Assembly (NCBI GenBank): GCA_013239625.1
Contig: MU053487.1
Coordinates: 3,245,058 to 3,309,057 of the forward strand
Reading direction: 5' to 3'
DNA: 64,000 nt
Origin: Lama guanicoe
Taxonomy: Eukaryota
The position numbers and the translations under genes were made by a program. The notes beneath the pieces were generated by a model that saw only the letters and a list, made by a program, of their open reading frames with translations, had not been told where the DNA came from and ran no database searches. Every line of letters starts with the position of its first letter. Positions within the stretch are counted from its first letter, which is position 1. Shown in pieces: positions 63,216 to 64,000 of this stretch.

Positions 63216-64000
63216 AAGTCTCCTTCCTTCCCTGAACCTCTGTACCCTGGTCTAAAGGGAGCAACCATTTCTTGCCGTTTTCTTTTGATTCCTTTGAGAG
63301 GAATTTTATGTAAGTATAAACATACTATATATATCTCTCCCTCCTGCTTAAAAAAAGACAAATGGTAACATGATGTGTGTAGTATTCTTATTTCATTTAA
63401 TACATGTGGAGATTACTCCATATTAACACGTATATTTATTAGTATTCATAGTATTTCATTATTTAGATATACCATAGTTTAACTGGTCTCCTATTTATAC
63501 GAATAGTTAGCTGTCCTATTTGACTGCATCATATTAGTTTATAACCCTAATATTTGGAACAGAGTTAAGAGGTGGCATTTGGGGGCTGGGATGGTAGGAG
63601 GGGACAATTAAGTTTTATTTTGCTATTTAGTTGGATTGATTGACTTAATATTCTACACCTCTCCAGAAACAAGTTTTTTTTTCTTTTTTTTTTTTGAAGT
63701 GTAGTTGATTTACAATGTTAGGAAACAGTCAAGGTTTTTTTTAGTGTTTGGATGGATGGATGGGTAGGAGGATGAATTGATGCATTTAATGTTTCACTTA
63801 TCTCTATAAGAGGATTTGAGGCAGACTGTCTTTTATTTAGTTACTTAGTTAAATCTACTTGATGAGTATCTGGGAGATGCCACCTATATACTAATGGTAA
63901 TAATAAGTAAGTGCAGGTGATAGAGACATATATTAAGATACAGACCCAGATATGACTCGTGAAATGAGAAAGACCAAAAAATACTGTATTTGTATGCTCT

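Noticed and set aside
54703..64000. OXSR1 exon 5 (RDVKAGNILL...)
   Set aside because: Not found by eye in the window; intron 4 appears to extend past position 64000.

Overview
Mammalian genomic DNA covering the conserved ACAA1-MYD88-OXSR1 block (human 3p22.2 orthologue). Eight tRNA-derived SINEs of the camelid (Vic-type) form point to a camel, alpaca or llama genome. The window holds coding exons 1-2 of ACAA1 (minus strand), head-to-head with a complete 5-exon MYD88 (891 nt, 296 aa, poly(A) signal 7078-7083). A ~16 kb repeat-rich intergenic stretch follows, then the CpG-island promoter and coding exons 1-4 of OXSR1, which continues past the window. Much of the remainder is L1, L2, MIR, LTR and DNA-transposon debris. 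I see no convincing new multi-gene system. The best leads are a 5'-truncated SNORD15B-like snoRNA retrocopy with poly(A) and TSD, in-frame alternative donors after MYD88 exon 3, an unexplained ~2.5 kb intergenic segment with strong plus-strand splice signals and a YY1/ETS motif, a multi-level transposon nest, and a candidate OXSR1 poison exon. Repeat family names and boundaries are by-eye recognition and approximate. Comparisons with human sequences are from memory.
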